From: Amphiscolops sp. MND2022
Taxonomy: Eukaryota
Assembly: GCA_964187785.1 (NCBI GenBank)
Contig: OZ076409.1
Coordinates: 33,544,001 to 33,608,000, forward strand
Reading direction: 5' to 3'
Length of the DNA stretch: 64,000 nt
Position 1 is the stretch's first letter. Every line of letters begins with the position of its first letter. The translations under genes were made by a program, and so were the position numbers. Below the pieces are notes generated by a model. It did no database searches, was not told the origin of the DNA, and saw only the letters and a program-made list of their open reading frames with translations. This document shows, in pieces, positions 1-11,400 of the stretch.

Positions 1-68
1 TTGTTGAAAAACATGGATTAAAAAACGAAGCAACTTCCAATGTAAAAATAAAAGAAATCTGAAAACTC

Positions 69-386
69 ATGGACATAACCGAGTGTGGAATATACATGAG
101 AGATGATAAGTTTAACACTACCAGTGGTATAGTTAACTTACATCCAACTAAAGGAACACATTGGGTTATGTATAAAAACCAAAACTATTTTGATTCATAT
201 GGATGCCCACCCCCAACTAATATACTTAATCATAATAAAAATGGTATTTATTCAGAATATCAAATTCAGACAAACGACAGTTATTGCGAGGCGTATTGTT
301 TATACACACTGTATCTCACAAATAAAATTGGGTTCAAAAATGCAGTACTAAATTTATACTATCAAACTTTCAAACTTAATAAATGA
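69..386 (+). CDS. Adenain-like cysteine protease of the Polinton (true start probably upstream, frameshifted)
   Basis: Motifs IVNL...GTHWV (His), YFDSYG (Asp) and QIQ..DSYCEAYCL (Gln/Cys), as in Polinton/adenovirus maturation proteases. Confidence 0.88.
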   Translation: MDITECGIYMRDDKFNTTSGIVNLHPTKGTHWVMYKNQNYFDSYGCPPPTNILNHNKNGIYSEYQIQTNDSYCEAYCLYTLYLTNKIGFKNAVLNLYYQTFKLNK

Positions 387-597
387 AGAAAATTAATAAT
401 TATTCAACTCAATAAAAAATTATCTCGCGCAGCTTCGCGCACAGCTCCACAGAACAGCTTCACAATCAAAATCAAAATCATGGAAAAAATACAACAAATT
501 TGCATAAGAAACCATTATCAAAAGATAGGCAAGAATTTATAAATAACATTTCCCCTAGTGGATTCAAACAAATTCAAGCATGATTTTTTCCTAATAA

Positions 598-1638
598 ATG
601 GATCTATCAAGCTTTGTAACTTATGATAAAAAAGAATATCTTTTTTCAAGTATTGCAAAATCTAATCAAAAAATTGTTGAAAATACTCATTCTAAACCAC
701 AAGAAACTCTAGAATTTAAAATGACTAAACAAAAAGAATCTTTCTCATTTGATGTTTCATTACTACTGCCTGAAAAATGGGTGATGGGAGTAACAAGTTT
801 AGAAGTATACAACACTGTATATAACATTACTGAAAAGAATAACAAACTTGAAATTCTTCTAACAAAACAACAACTCGAAGAGCATAGAGTTGACACTGAA
901 TTAGTGCCAAAAATAAAGGATTTGTATGAAACATCTGATGATAAACTTATAGAAAAAACTAATACACTCATAACTAATAGTTATATTAAAAAGAAGAAAA
1001 AACTTACTAGAAAAGACTTTAACCAACTCAAGGAATTAATTGAAGTTTTTAACTATCCTGATCAACAAATGCGTATTCCTGACTTTGAAATTGAACATGA
1101 TTCCTTTGGAATACAGCTAACACCAGGAGCATATGAATTAGTTGATATCAATGCTTCCGTAAAACAAATAATTACTGATACGAAGACAGCGTTGCAGTCA
1201 GCTTTCCCGTATTCTGATTTTAAATTCAACATAATACCCGACACAATATCAATGAAATCAGTTTTAACAACCTCAAATCCTATTCATTTTAACTCCGAAC
1301 TTAACAAAGTCCTGGGATTTATACAACGTGATTACCTATCCGGAACTCACACTTCAGAAAAACCAGTTATGATAACAACCACAGACAAAGTTCATCTGAA
1401 GTGTGATTGTGTAGATGGTTCAATTGTTAATGGTATACGAGAACAAATTTTATTTTCTTTCCATTCAAACGCACCTCCCGGATATAAAACTATAAAGGAA
1501 CCCACAACTGTTTTGTACAAGCTGATAAACAAAACACGACTGGACACCATTCAATTTTTCCTTGAAGACTCTAACCACAACCCAGTTGATTTCAACGGGG
1601 AGACACTCAACTTCACAATTCAAATTATCAAGATTTAA
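598..1638 (+). CDS. Polinton minor capsid (penton-like) protein
   Basis: Intact 346 aa ORF with motifs W.MGVTSLEVYNTVYNIT, LTPGAYEL.DIN, VHLKCDCVDGSIVNG, PPGYK.IKEP and PVDFNGETLNFTIQI, typical of Polinton minor capsids. Confidence 0.8.
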   Translation: MDLSSFVTYDKKEYLFSSIAKSNQKIVENTHSKPQETLEFKMTKQKESFSFDVSLLLPEKWVMGVTSLEVYNTVYNITEKNNKLEILLTKQQLEEHRVDTELVPKIKDLYETSDDKLIEKTNTLITNSYIKKKKKLTRKDFNQLKELIEVFNYPDQQMRIPDFEIEHDSFGIQLTPGAYELVDINASVKQIITDTKTALQSAFPYSDFKFNIIPDTISMKSVLTTSNPIHFNSELNKVLGFIQRDYLSGTHTSEKPVMITTTDKVHLKCDCVDGSIVNGIREQILFSFHSNAPPGYKTIKEPTTVLYKLINKTRLDTIQFFLEDSNHNPVDFNGETLNFTIQIIKI

Positions 1639-1656
1639 TACTTTTAATAATAATAA

Positions 1657-2135
1657 ATGAGTTATAATAAATATATAAATAATTCATTTTGTGTTGGTGA
1701 AAAACATTATTCCCCACCACAAATATTTATGGAGATGCTAGAAACAATAATGTAAAAATGTTACGGGGCACCTGTATGATATGTAGCAGAAATAAAAGTC
1801 TTATTGTATCAGATCGCACAATAAATGGGGAAGGATTGGGCGACTTCTTCAAACATTTGGGTTCTGCAGCCAAAAACGTTGGAAAGAAAATACTCAATAA
1901 TCCAGGCCGTGCATTGGAAATAGCAGCAAATATTGGAACGGCAGCAGCAAGAAAAAATCCAAAACTCATTGCTGCAACTGCCTCCGACGTTATTAAATTT
2001 GTTCATCAAGGGAAGGGGTTATACAAAGATGAAGGTTTGTCGAGTAAAGGCAGCAAAGCAGGCAGCAAAGCAGGCAACACAGGCAGCAAAGCAAGTAAAG
2101 GGGGTAAAGGCCTGTATCTGGGGAAAATCCACTAG
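1657..2135 (+). pseudogene. Small Zn-ribbon plus amphipathic-helix virion protein (adenovirus pVI/cupiennin-like); frameshift near 1715-1730
   Basis: ATG at 1657 gives MSYNKYINNSFCVGEKH, continuing after a frameshift into GTCMICSRNK...TINGEG|LGDFFKHLGSAAKNVGKKIL, an amphipathic helix. Confidence 0.6.
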
Positions 2136-2161
2136 TTATATTCAATAAATAAATTTTATAA

Positions 2162-3258
2162 ATGTATTCAATTCATAATCGGGATGACTTGGAAAAATTA
2201 AACAAATTACAAGAAACAAAATCTTTACTACGCAAAAAAATATTAAAAGAGATACTAGGGAAGCAAGACTTCCACTATAGTATGGAAAAAGTTTTTGAAC
2301 CTGTTACTACAAAGCAGGTGGAATCAAATTAAAAACAACTACAAGCCATTGACAAACAAACCCAAGGGGTTACACAAGCAATTGAAAATCAGACAAGAGC
2401 AATAGAACACAATAATAAAAATCTTCACGTAGCCATGCAAAATTCTATTAAAGAAGGAATAAAACAATATAATGAAATTACAAATCATAACAATCAGCTT
2501 CTTACAAGTCTTGTTAATTCCAGCCAGGTTGATTCAAGTATTGTAAAAACAGTTTCTAATTTACCTAATGACAAAAACAAAAGTCAATTTAGTTTAGAAC
2601 CAATTACACAAGACAATCCTAATTAATTCACATTTAATCCCCATAACCCAGAACAAGTACTAATCAAAGGTTCAGCAATGACTTTCGAGAATGGGAATTC
2701 ATACGATCTTAGTGACCCAGATCTTCAATATTTTATACTTAATACACAATTTGACAAACCAATAAATAACCGGGGACCAATTTATACTTTCCTAAATGAT
2801 ATGAAATATGATCTAAATTATGGAGATAAAAAATCACTCAGATATCAACTTATTAAAGAACTATATATTCTCGCTATCAATTACAGACACATGATTTGCA
2901 GGGCTTCGTCCAAGGGTCTTCACATCCACAAAGCTCTATGGACAACACACAAGGAAACCAGTTGAGAAGCCAATCAGGAAGCCAATTGGGAAGTGGATTA
3001 AATGGCAAAGCTGCGCGAAGCCATACAAAGCAGTACATTTTCCTCACATCTGATCCAGATGAATTAGTCGGTCAATTGAAACTACTTTATTTTGAAAAAG
3101 TTGGAGAAAATGATAGTTTTCTGATTATTGAACAAATTATTGCAATTATAGATAATCTCCTGGAGTATGAATGCATAACACCTTCTCAACACCAAAATAT
3201 ACCTCAAAGTAACTCTGACTTAAATAATGAACATCACAAGATGTATGTCTTCCTCTAG
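2162..3258 (+). pseudogene. Conserved Polinton protein of unknown function, fragmented
   Basis: Collinear ORF pieces 2435-2626, 2678-2965 and 2896-3258. C-terminal YIFLTSDPDELVGQLKLL...EQIIAIIDNLLEY resembles a motif recurrent in Polinton ORFs. Confidence 0.55.
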
Positions 3259-4303
3259 TAAAAAATGGATCTATTAATTTCTGATTGGAGTGTAACATGT
3301 CATCAAACACAACACAACAATTTTGAAAATCTTGAATACTTTTATCACCTAAATCTTCTTCCACTACCAGTCCTAAATCCCCGATATCATCTTCGCGTAG
3401 CTCTGTGTGTAGCTCTCTGCGTAGCTCTGTATATTGTTCAGGACTTCTCGTAAAGATATGTATTTGTTTCTCTGCATCACGTAATCGAATTAAATGTAAT
3501 TTGTTTAATAACAAATGAGTTTTACCACAAAATGATGGACCAACTATTAATGTACTATAATGCTCGGGGTTTTGCGAGGGAGCTATCGCGGAAGGTATCA
3601 CGTTAGCTATCGTGATAGCTTCCACGGAGTCTTGATCAGGGTCTTGACTGGGGCCTTGCACGATACCATTCGCGGTAGCTTTCGCAGTAACTTTCGCGGA
3701 GCTACGCACAGGGCATTTAGGAATGGATTTGAAAGAATCTTTTATATTAATATGTTGTTCATACTTAAGTCCTTGATGCCCCTGATGTCCTTGAAGTCCT
3801 TGTGCACCGAGCCCTGCATGAAGTTGTGCAAAGCCTTGTATTGGAGTATTTGTGGTAGCTGTCGCGGTAGCTGACACAGGAGTATTCACGGGAGTTATCA
3901 CAAGAGCATTCGTGGTAGCTGTCGGATAGCTCTGTGGATAGCTCTGCGGATAGCTCTGCGGATAGCTCTGCGGATAGCTCTGCGGATAGCTCTGCGGATA
4001 ACTCTGTGAAAACTGCTGCGCGGAGCCTTGCTGCGTAGCTTCGCGATAGCTTTCGCGCATATGCTGCTTCTTAATATGAGATTTTAAATAACTTTTATTC
4101 AATTCCTTATCACAAAATTCACACCTCATCTTTTTATTAAATTATTCTATGCATGTACTATACATTTTACCATTTTTGGAAATGTAGAAATCTGATTTAG
4201 AAATAGTTTTCATTTTATTACACTCTTTACATTTTTCATTACTACAGTCATTACACAAACTTTTTTCACAACTTTCATTGCAAATTAAGCATCTCGTTCC
4301 CAT
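3146..4303 (-). pseudogene. A32/FtsK-like packaging ATPase 1 with N-terminal Cys-rich and C2H2 Zn fingers and a repeat linker; one internal stop; C-terminus apparently truncated
   Basis: Walker A GPSFCGKT, Walker B CVVFDD, FFTRGRH and YLSQSYF. ATG 4303 is in frame with ORF 4129 (MGTRCLICNESCEKSLCNDCSNEKCKEC...CIE*FNKKMRCEFC...HIKKQH). Confidence 0.8.
3924..4007. repeat. 12-bp tandem repeat GGATAGCTCTGC x7, encoding (QSYP)n in ATPase 1
   Basis: Read directly from the sequence. Confidence 0.95.
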
Positions 4304-4320
4304 TATTCATATAGAAAAAA

Positions 4321-4660
4321 ATCACTAAATTCTTACAATTTCCTCTAAGAATCTCTAAATTCCTCTCAGTGTCGCTAAGAGAATCACTAAGAGAATCTCT
4401 AAGAATCACTAAGGCATCACTAAGTTAAATCTCTAAATTCCTCTAAATTTCTCTAAGAGCCCTAGAACCTCTAAATATCTCTAAATATCTCTAAAATCTC
4501 TAAATAAAGTACTCTTAGAGAAATTTAGAGCTTCTTAGAGATTCTTAGAGAAATTAGTGAATCTCTAAATATCTCTAAATATCTATAAATATCTCTAAAT
4601 ATCTCTAAATTTATTATCACTAAAATCCTCTAAGAATCTCTAAAATCCTCTAAACTTCTC
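4321..4660. repeat. Degenerate ~10-bp CTCTAA(A/G) minisatellite with an internal inverted block (TTAGAG, about 4515-4560)
   Basis: Many ATCTCTAAAT and CTCTAAGA units; orientation flips after GTACTC at about 4510. Confidence 0.85.
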
Positions 4661-4755
4661 TGGAAGAATCAATAATTTTTTCTATGTTTTTTATGTTTTT
4701 TCTTTCTGTTTTTCTTTTTAATTTTCCCTAATTTCTCTAATTATTTAGTTTATTT

Positions 4756-4956
4756 TTAGTAAAAATTTTTTGCATGATCATATATATATATATTTCTTGA
4801 AGTCCCTTTAACTGAGTCACTAATTAGTGGTTGTTGCATACGCTCAACGTAGTTGTCTACTTTGGATTCATTCACTTTAATATTATTTTGTTTGCAATAG
4901 GCTACATAATAATAAGCTACGTTGAGTGGTGTTATTTCAATTTTCTGGTCGGACAT
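4756..4956 (-). CDS. Small hypothetical Polinton protein (66 aa)
   Basis: Compact ORF immediately downstream of ATPase 2 on the same strand; no recognised motif. Confidence 0.4.
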   Translation of the reverse strand: MSDQKIEITPLNVAYYYVAYCKQNNIKVNESKVDNYVERMQQPLISDSVKGTSRNIYIYDHAKNFY

Positions 4957-4962
4957 TTCCTC

Positions 4963-5957
4963 TTAAAATATCTTCAATCTGTTGTATTCATCACCAGTGA
5001 AAAAGTAACTTCCATAAGCAACGAGTTGTTCTGGGCCCCACTTACTTCGTTTGCTTGAATCATAAATTATAATATACTTATTGTTTAATACCTTGTATTT
5101 CTGACTCCTTGTGTCTAATTCAATTATGCATATTCTAACTGATCCCGGTAGTATTTCCAATTAAGCCCCTCCCTAATTGAGGGAGCTATCGCATAAGTTT
5201 GTACAATCGACTCGAAGAAATTATCTGGGTTATTAATTGTTAGAAATATTTTGTGACAGTTTTTCCTCACGATTGGAAGAACATCCTTTGCATAGTGAGC
5301 GAGATAAATTACTTGAATCTGGTGATGTCTACCATATCTAAATAAGTCTTCTACTTTTGTTTTGAGACTCTTGGATGCACCTGCATCATCCAGTATAACA
5401 ATCTTATTAGCAAGTTGTTCAATACTAACATTCTCCAACTGCAGTAGTGGTGCAAAATTTTGAGAGGGAAACTCACGTTCATCTCGCCCGAAAACTACGT
5501 AAGTTCGTGGAGTGGCATTAGTTGTCGCGTGTGCTAAATAATGCTTTAGGAAGGATGTCTTCCCAGAGCCACTACTACCATAGATTATGAATTGAGAGTT
5601 GCTACGCGGAGCTTCGCGATAGCTTTCGCGCACATCTTTGACGGAGCTTCGCGTAGCTTCGCGGGATTCTTTAATTTCCTGTTCGCGTTCCTGGTTTGTC
5701 AGATGAGAGTATTTGAACCCTGCAAATTGTAGTAGTTTTTTAAAAATTGTTTTAAACTGCCTAGGGCGAATATAATTCCAATATATTACAACAGTAATAC
5801 TTATAAATAAAATTAAACATACAATAAACATAGGATTTGTGATTACTTTATAGATTCGTGTTTACTGAAACCAATTGACCGCGCCAGCTTTCGCGCCAGC
5901 TTTTGCGCCGGCTCCATCACCTTGATCATCATTATTCAAGCTATAATCATTATTCAT
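4963..5957 (-). pseudogene. A32/FtsK-like ATPase 2 with an N-terminal transmembrane helix; one stop and one frameshift
   Basis: Walker A GSSGSGKT, Walker B IVILDD and LFRYGRHHQI. Hydrophobic stretch MFIVCLILFISITVVIYW. ATG 5957 is in frame with ORF 5124-5831 across one TAA; the C-terminus continues in ORF 4963-5160. Confidence 0.8.
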
Positions 5958-5987
5958 TTAATTTTTAAAAAAATGTTATAAAAGAAC

Positions 5988-6907
5988 ATGAATCAAAAGG
6001 CGAAAGCTGGCGCAGGGCTTCGCGCGGAGCTTCGCAAAGAGCAGATTGCTAAAGAAATATTCTCTCCTGTAATCAAGAAGTTTCAAAGAATTCAAATACA
6101 AACTCACTATGAAAATGAGTGTTGGAGTATCGATTTAATTGATCGCTCAAGTTTGAGCAAATACAACAAAAACTACAAGTTTATTTTCACAATAAGTGAC
6201 AATCATACTAAATATGCATGGGCGATTCCTCTCAAAGATAAAACAGGAAAAAGTACAACTGCTGCATTCAAGAATTTATTGGAAACTAGTAAAAGAAAAC
6301 CACAAAAAGTGTGGAGTGATAGAGGTAAAAGAGTTACAACACAACATTTTTACACTATTTAAAAGAGCAAAACACTCAAATTTATTCAACTAATTCAGAT
6401 TTGAAGGCTGTTTTTGTTGAACGTTTCATTAGAACACTTTTGGACTTAATCAAAGAACCAATGTACATTGAAGGTAAAGGTAACTGGTTGAATCACCTTG
6501 ATGCTGCTTTACAAAAGTATAATAATCGTGTCCATACCACAACCAAATTGACACCTTTTGAAATGTCAAGGAATAATACACTAATACCTAACAAGAATAA
6601 CAATGCAGCAAAGCTAGTTGCAACGCCGTCTTCGCATAAATTCCCCAAATTTCATGTGGGAGACTATGTAAGAGTTCCAGACAAACGGAACATTTATTCA
6701 AAAGATTATACAACAAACTGGAATAGAGAACTTTTCAAAATACACAACATCAACAAAACAAACACAGTAACATACACTCTAAATGATGAAAACGGAGAAA
6801 TCATTCAAGGAAATAACTATGAACAAGAACTTTTAAGAAGCATATTCAACTTTGACTCTAACAACAAAACGTTAGAAAGTATGAATATTTTCCACAAATT
6901 TGAGTAA
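5988..6907 (+). pseudogene. Retroviral-type (rve) integrase of the Polinton, frameshifted near 6350
   Basis: DDE motifs WSIDLID, VWSDRG and FVERFIRT; C-terminal KFHVGDYVRV...NWNRELF...YEQELL. Confidence 0.92.
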
Positions 6908-6943
6908 TTTTCCAAGTAGCTTCACAATAATTTTTTATTATAA

Positions 6944-8190
6944 ATGAATTCTGTGGAGCTGCGCAATAATACAATGTTTTCTTTTAAAAATAAATACACT
7001 CTTGAAAAACCTATTCATAAAATTGATTTCATTAAATATCCAAGTAGTTTAGCGACAGTCAATAACAAACTCCAATATTTCAGTCAGTTTACCAAGAGAA
7101 GATGCATACATGTTTACAGAATAGTTTCATAAGTCTAGAATTTGAAGTACTTAAAACAATAATACAAGATACATTGATTGTCATAAAATATGCTTGGTTA
7201 ACGTTGGGCCTGTTGCTTTGTTTAGTGAAGCCAAATTAACAACTTCTAGTGGGAAACACCTGGAAAAAGTTGACAACTTGCACCCCATCTCTTTATTGAT
7301 TGAACTTCTAGCAAGCACTAGTCAAACTTCCCAGTTATTGTATGGGTTTGAAGAAAGTACTACTATCAAAAGACAAGAACTAACAAACAACAAAAATGAG
7401 AAAGGAACCTTTTTTGTGAGAATAAAACTAAAAGACTTGTTTGGATTTGCTGATCAAGAAAAAATAACTTTCGGGTTGGGCTACACTCTTACTTTAAAAC
7501 GGAACACTAACAAGGGCCAACGGAACTGATGCTGCAAAAATAGATATTAAAGACATTTCTCGGTATATTCCACACTATGTTCCTAGCTTAGAAAACCAAC
7601 AACTTGTAATGAACCAAATTCTAAATAAAGATCCAACTGAGTTGTTTTATTCCGAACGTACAGTCTTTAGAAAAGATGTTAACACGAATTCGAATTGGAC
7701 ATTTGAATTAGTCAACGCAGGTGGAAATAGCAACAATGACTCCTGCCCTATTTTTGTAATTGCCGGATTTCAAGCTAGAAATAAAATTGATTCACAAACA
7801 CATGATAATGCAGTGTTTGACCGGTTGCCAATTAGGAATGCTGTTTGTAAAATAGGATCAGAAAAATATCCCGATGATGGGATAGAATGTAACTACGACC
7901 GCGACAATTATGATCAAGCATACAGTGAAATTGAAAACTTTTATCAGTTAAAAGGTGAAACTAACTTACTCAATCCCTTCATTGGTTTGCACAAATTCAG
8001 AACAAGTTAAAATTTTTATGTATTTGACCTAAGCAAACAAAAAGATCACATTGCGAGTCAACCAATCCGTTTAGAATTTAAATTTATTGCTGCCATTGAT
8101 GTAGCAGACTATATAGCTTATGCACTTGTATTAACCCCAAAACTAATAAGTATTAGTAGTGATGGGCAAAGGCATTTTGATTTGATATGA
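6944..8190 (+). pseudogene. Major capsid protein (double jelly-roll), several frameshifts and stops
   Basis: Collinear fragments 6944-7132, 7194-7529 and 7609-8010 with Polinton MCP-like motifs (ALFSEAKL...GKHLEKVD, IKLKDLFGFA, PIFVIAGFQ, IGSEKYP, YVFDLSKQ); ends at TGA 8188-8190. Confidence 0.78.
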
Positions 8191-8224
8191 GAGGAATGAT
8201 GAATTATAAAAATGTTATAATAAT

Positions 8225-8370
8225 ATACCAGATTATGATAATAAATGATGATAATAAATGATGAATCAAGGATGAATGATAATAAACGATGATAATGAAT
8301 GATTATAATAAATGATGAAATAAAATGATGATAATAAATGATGATAATAAATGATGATAATAAATGATCA
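8225..8370. repeat. 13-bp TGATGATAATAAA tandem array (multiple AATAAA) downstream of MCP
   Basis: Read directly; lies between the convergent MCP and pPolB stops. Confidence 0.85.
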
Positions 8371-8450
8371 TGTTTAATTAGCTTCGCGTAGCTTCGCGCA
8401 ATTATGAAAGGTGTGCGCGAAAGCTATCGCGAAGCTGCGCATCACGCCAG

Positions 8451-11400
8451 TTATCTTAAAAAATGGGCCCGATCACTTATCAGATTTAAAAGCTGTTGAT
8501 GATTCAGTTTTTCTTTCAGAGTCCAAATGTTATAGTAAATTTCTTCATCCCGGAGGCGAAGCTCCACGCACCTACCATCCGTTTCACTAGTGCTCAATTC
8601 TTTATAATACAAACCAACTAATTTCAAACAATATATACAAGGACAATCACCACTTTGTACGTGTTTATCCCATGATAAACTTTGAATTGGATTTTAAAAC
8701 ACACGCTTGTCATCAAAAGGATTCAAAGCTAGCTTATCTTGCTTCTGAACAGTTAAATTATGAGCAATTGAACGAATAGAATAATTAGTTGCAGTTGTTG
8801 TTTCAGAACTAAATAATGAATTTATAAATTGTGTGTAGGGTGGTGTATGTTTTATTCCTTTTTGTTTTGACTTCTGAACTGTGCTTTGCGTTGCCGCTTG
8901 CGATGCCCCATAGCTAAAAGAATATGATTTAGATCTCAAAGCTACGAAGTTGTCTAATTCAATAATTGGTGATGTTTCTATTTTTATTTTACCTATAACT
9001 TTCTTGTTAATAGTGTCATACAACTCATGATTTTCATCGAGCTTGCTGAAATCAAAATCATCTTTGAAGTATTCCAAATCATTTATAAGGTCTCCAGTTT
9101 TAAAACTTAGAATGAATGAGTCTGTATCCATGTAATGCAGTTTGGCACTTGCATCGCTTCGCGAACTGTAGTATGGTTGTAATTTGTGATAAAAACCTCA
9201 TACAATAACAATTTACTCAGTTCTAAAACAGAGAACCCCAAGTAAATTGGTTTATCAAAGACAGTCTTTTCTTTGTCATATTTATAAAGGCTGAATTCGG
9301 AGTAATGATTTACAATACCTTTAAAGCTTAACTTGGATTGTCTTTTTATTATTTGATCAATATTGGTGTGGGGGAGTATTTGTATGTTAACTCTTTCTCT
9401 TACATTTTCCATAGTCTTGCCAAAAAAAGCGTTGTTCATTATTTTGTACAGGTCTTTTTAAAAGTTTGTTTTTGCTTTGGTGCGTTTTTGTGTGTTATGA
9501 TTAAGGTATTTTTCTAGCCAAAGTGATTGTTTGAATCTGTACTCACAGTGAATCTTTGCTACTTTCATCCCCAAATTCGTGTGAAACTTGAACATCCTGT
9601 AGTGCATCATATAATTATATTTATTTGTTAGGTCACACATAAGTTTCTCGGTTGGTTTGTAGTTGGGTTGTTTTACACTGTTCATGTATTCTGAGAAACA
9701 CTCTGGATCTGCTTTTGTTTGATAAGGACAAAGTGGAAAGTTTTCGGTTTTTTCTTTAATTTCTGCTGGATTTTCTAAATCACCATCTATAAAGTATCCA
9801 AATTCATTGTCATCTGGTGTATTCAAAATGTCTTCTTTAATTTCATTCTTCAGTGCTGAATCATATTCACAACAGAGGTTTGCGAAGCTCCGCATCTTTT
9901 TAAAGTCTCCAGTAGGAGGGTATTGACTCATTGCCCATCCATAAAGATTATTTGCATCAATGTACAACAGTTTCGTATTTTCATTTAACTCAAAGTAACG
10001 AGGTCCCATTACACTTGAAATTGCTCCGCGAATATTATTTTCAAGTAGTGATAATAACTGTTTGTCTTTTATGAAATCTAATTTAAAATTAGTAAGTTTT
10101 AAACCAGCTTTCCATGTATAACCAGGTAAACAGTAACTGTACAAAGGATTGATGCCGTATTCAAGTGTAGACTTCTCAACAAAGTTCTCCATCACATCAG
10201 CTAATTGTAAAACATCCATTTTTAAGTAAAACATAGTTAATCTTTGTCCGTTCTTTAAATCATATTTTTTAATAATTTCTTGTGTACGGTTAATTTCTTG
10301 AAGACTTGGAGTTGTTTGTTTTAGTGTTGACCAAAAGTCTTCTGGACTTAGATTTAACGGTTCTTGGATATTACTTTGATTAAGGTATTCGTAAGGATAC
10401 GCCAATTTCTTTTTAAATAATTCATCATCAAGACCATTTTCATCCATTATTGGGAAACTGTTTATACTCTTAACTAACTTATCTAAACCACTATTTAGAA
10501 AACGGTGTGAGTCTAAAAACCTTAAACAACCTACTTCCACACTTACATAATTTTCCATTGACTTTGGGATTAGTTTTGGTTCACACCCCAATTTGTAAGC
10601 TTGTGTTAAGAGTTCTTCAAATATGAGATGACAATCATAACCACTAAAATTGTGGAAAAATATGGGTATAAATGAACTTGCCTTTTTTACAATTTAAATT
10701 ACACCTGTTGTGGGCTGCTCCTCGGTACTTGCCTGTAAGGTGATCGTGGTCTCTAACTTTTTGCAAAGCACCTTCGGTATCACTGTGTAACTCTCGTTCG
10801 CAAAGCCAACACACTTTGGATTGTTGAAAGGATTCTTGTGAAGCTACGCCTTCTTCGGGGGTTATTTCAAGAGGACTTTTAGTTTCGAAACATTCCGATG
10901 CCAGGTCTTCTAAAGTCAACATATCATTTTCAAACCATGCTACACACGATTCACCAAAGTATGAGCTGTAATTTTTGCCAAATGGTGAATTCAGAAAAAA
11001 TCCTACTGCAATTGGAATTTGTTTATATAATACTTTGGGCGAGATAGCTACCGCAGCTTCGTGGTCATCTGTGGGTTGTGAAACTGCGGTAGCTGTCGCG
11101 TGATTAATACATTCGAAATATGCATATACTCTTATTGGTATGGGAACTTTCATATGATAATCTTCGAACTTTAAGTGATCCTTCCAACTGAATGTGATAT
11201 TAGTTGGTTGTTGTTTTTGACAACGGTCAATGTGTTGACTGAGAATATCCTCAGAACTAAATGCAGTTAGACATCTTCTACACACCCATTTCATGTGTGA
11301 ATCCTTATTTAGTAGGCAATGCAATTTTGTTATTAAGCAATAATGATTTTCAAATAGCAGCAAGTCAATTTGTGATTGTAAGAAATTTTTGTTAATATGA

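Noticed and set aside
4321..4660. Telomeric repeat
   Set aside because: The core is TTAGAG with variable spacing, not TTAGGG/TTAGG, and it lies internal to the Polinton.
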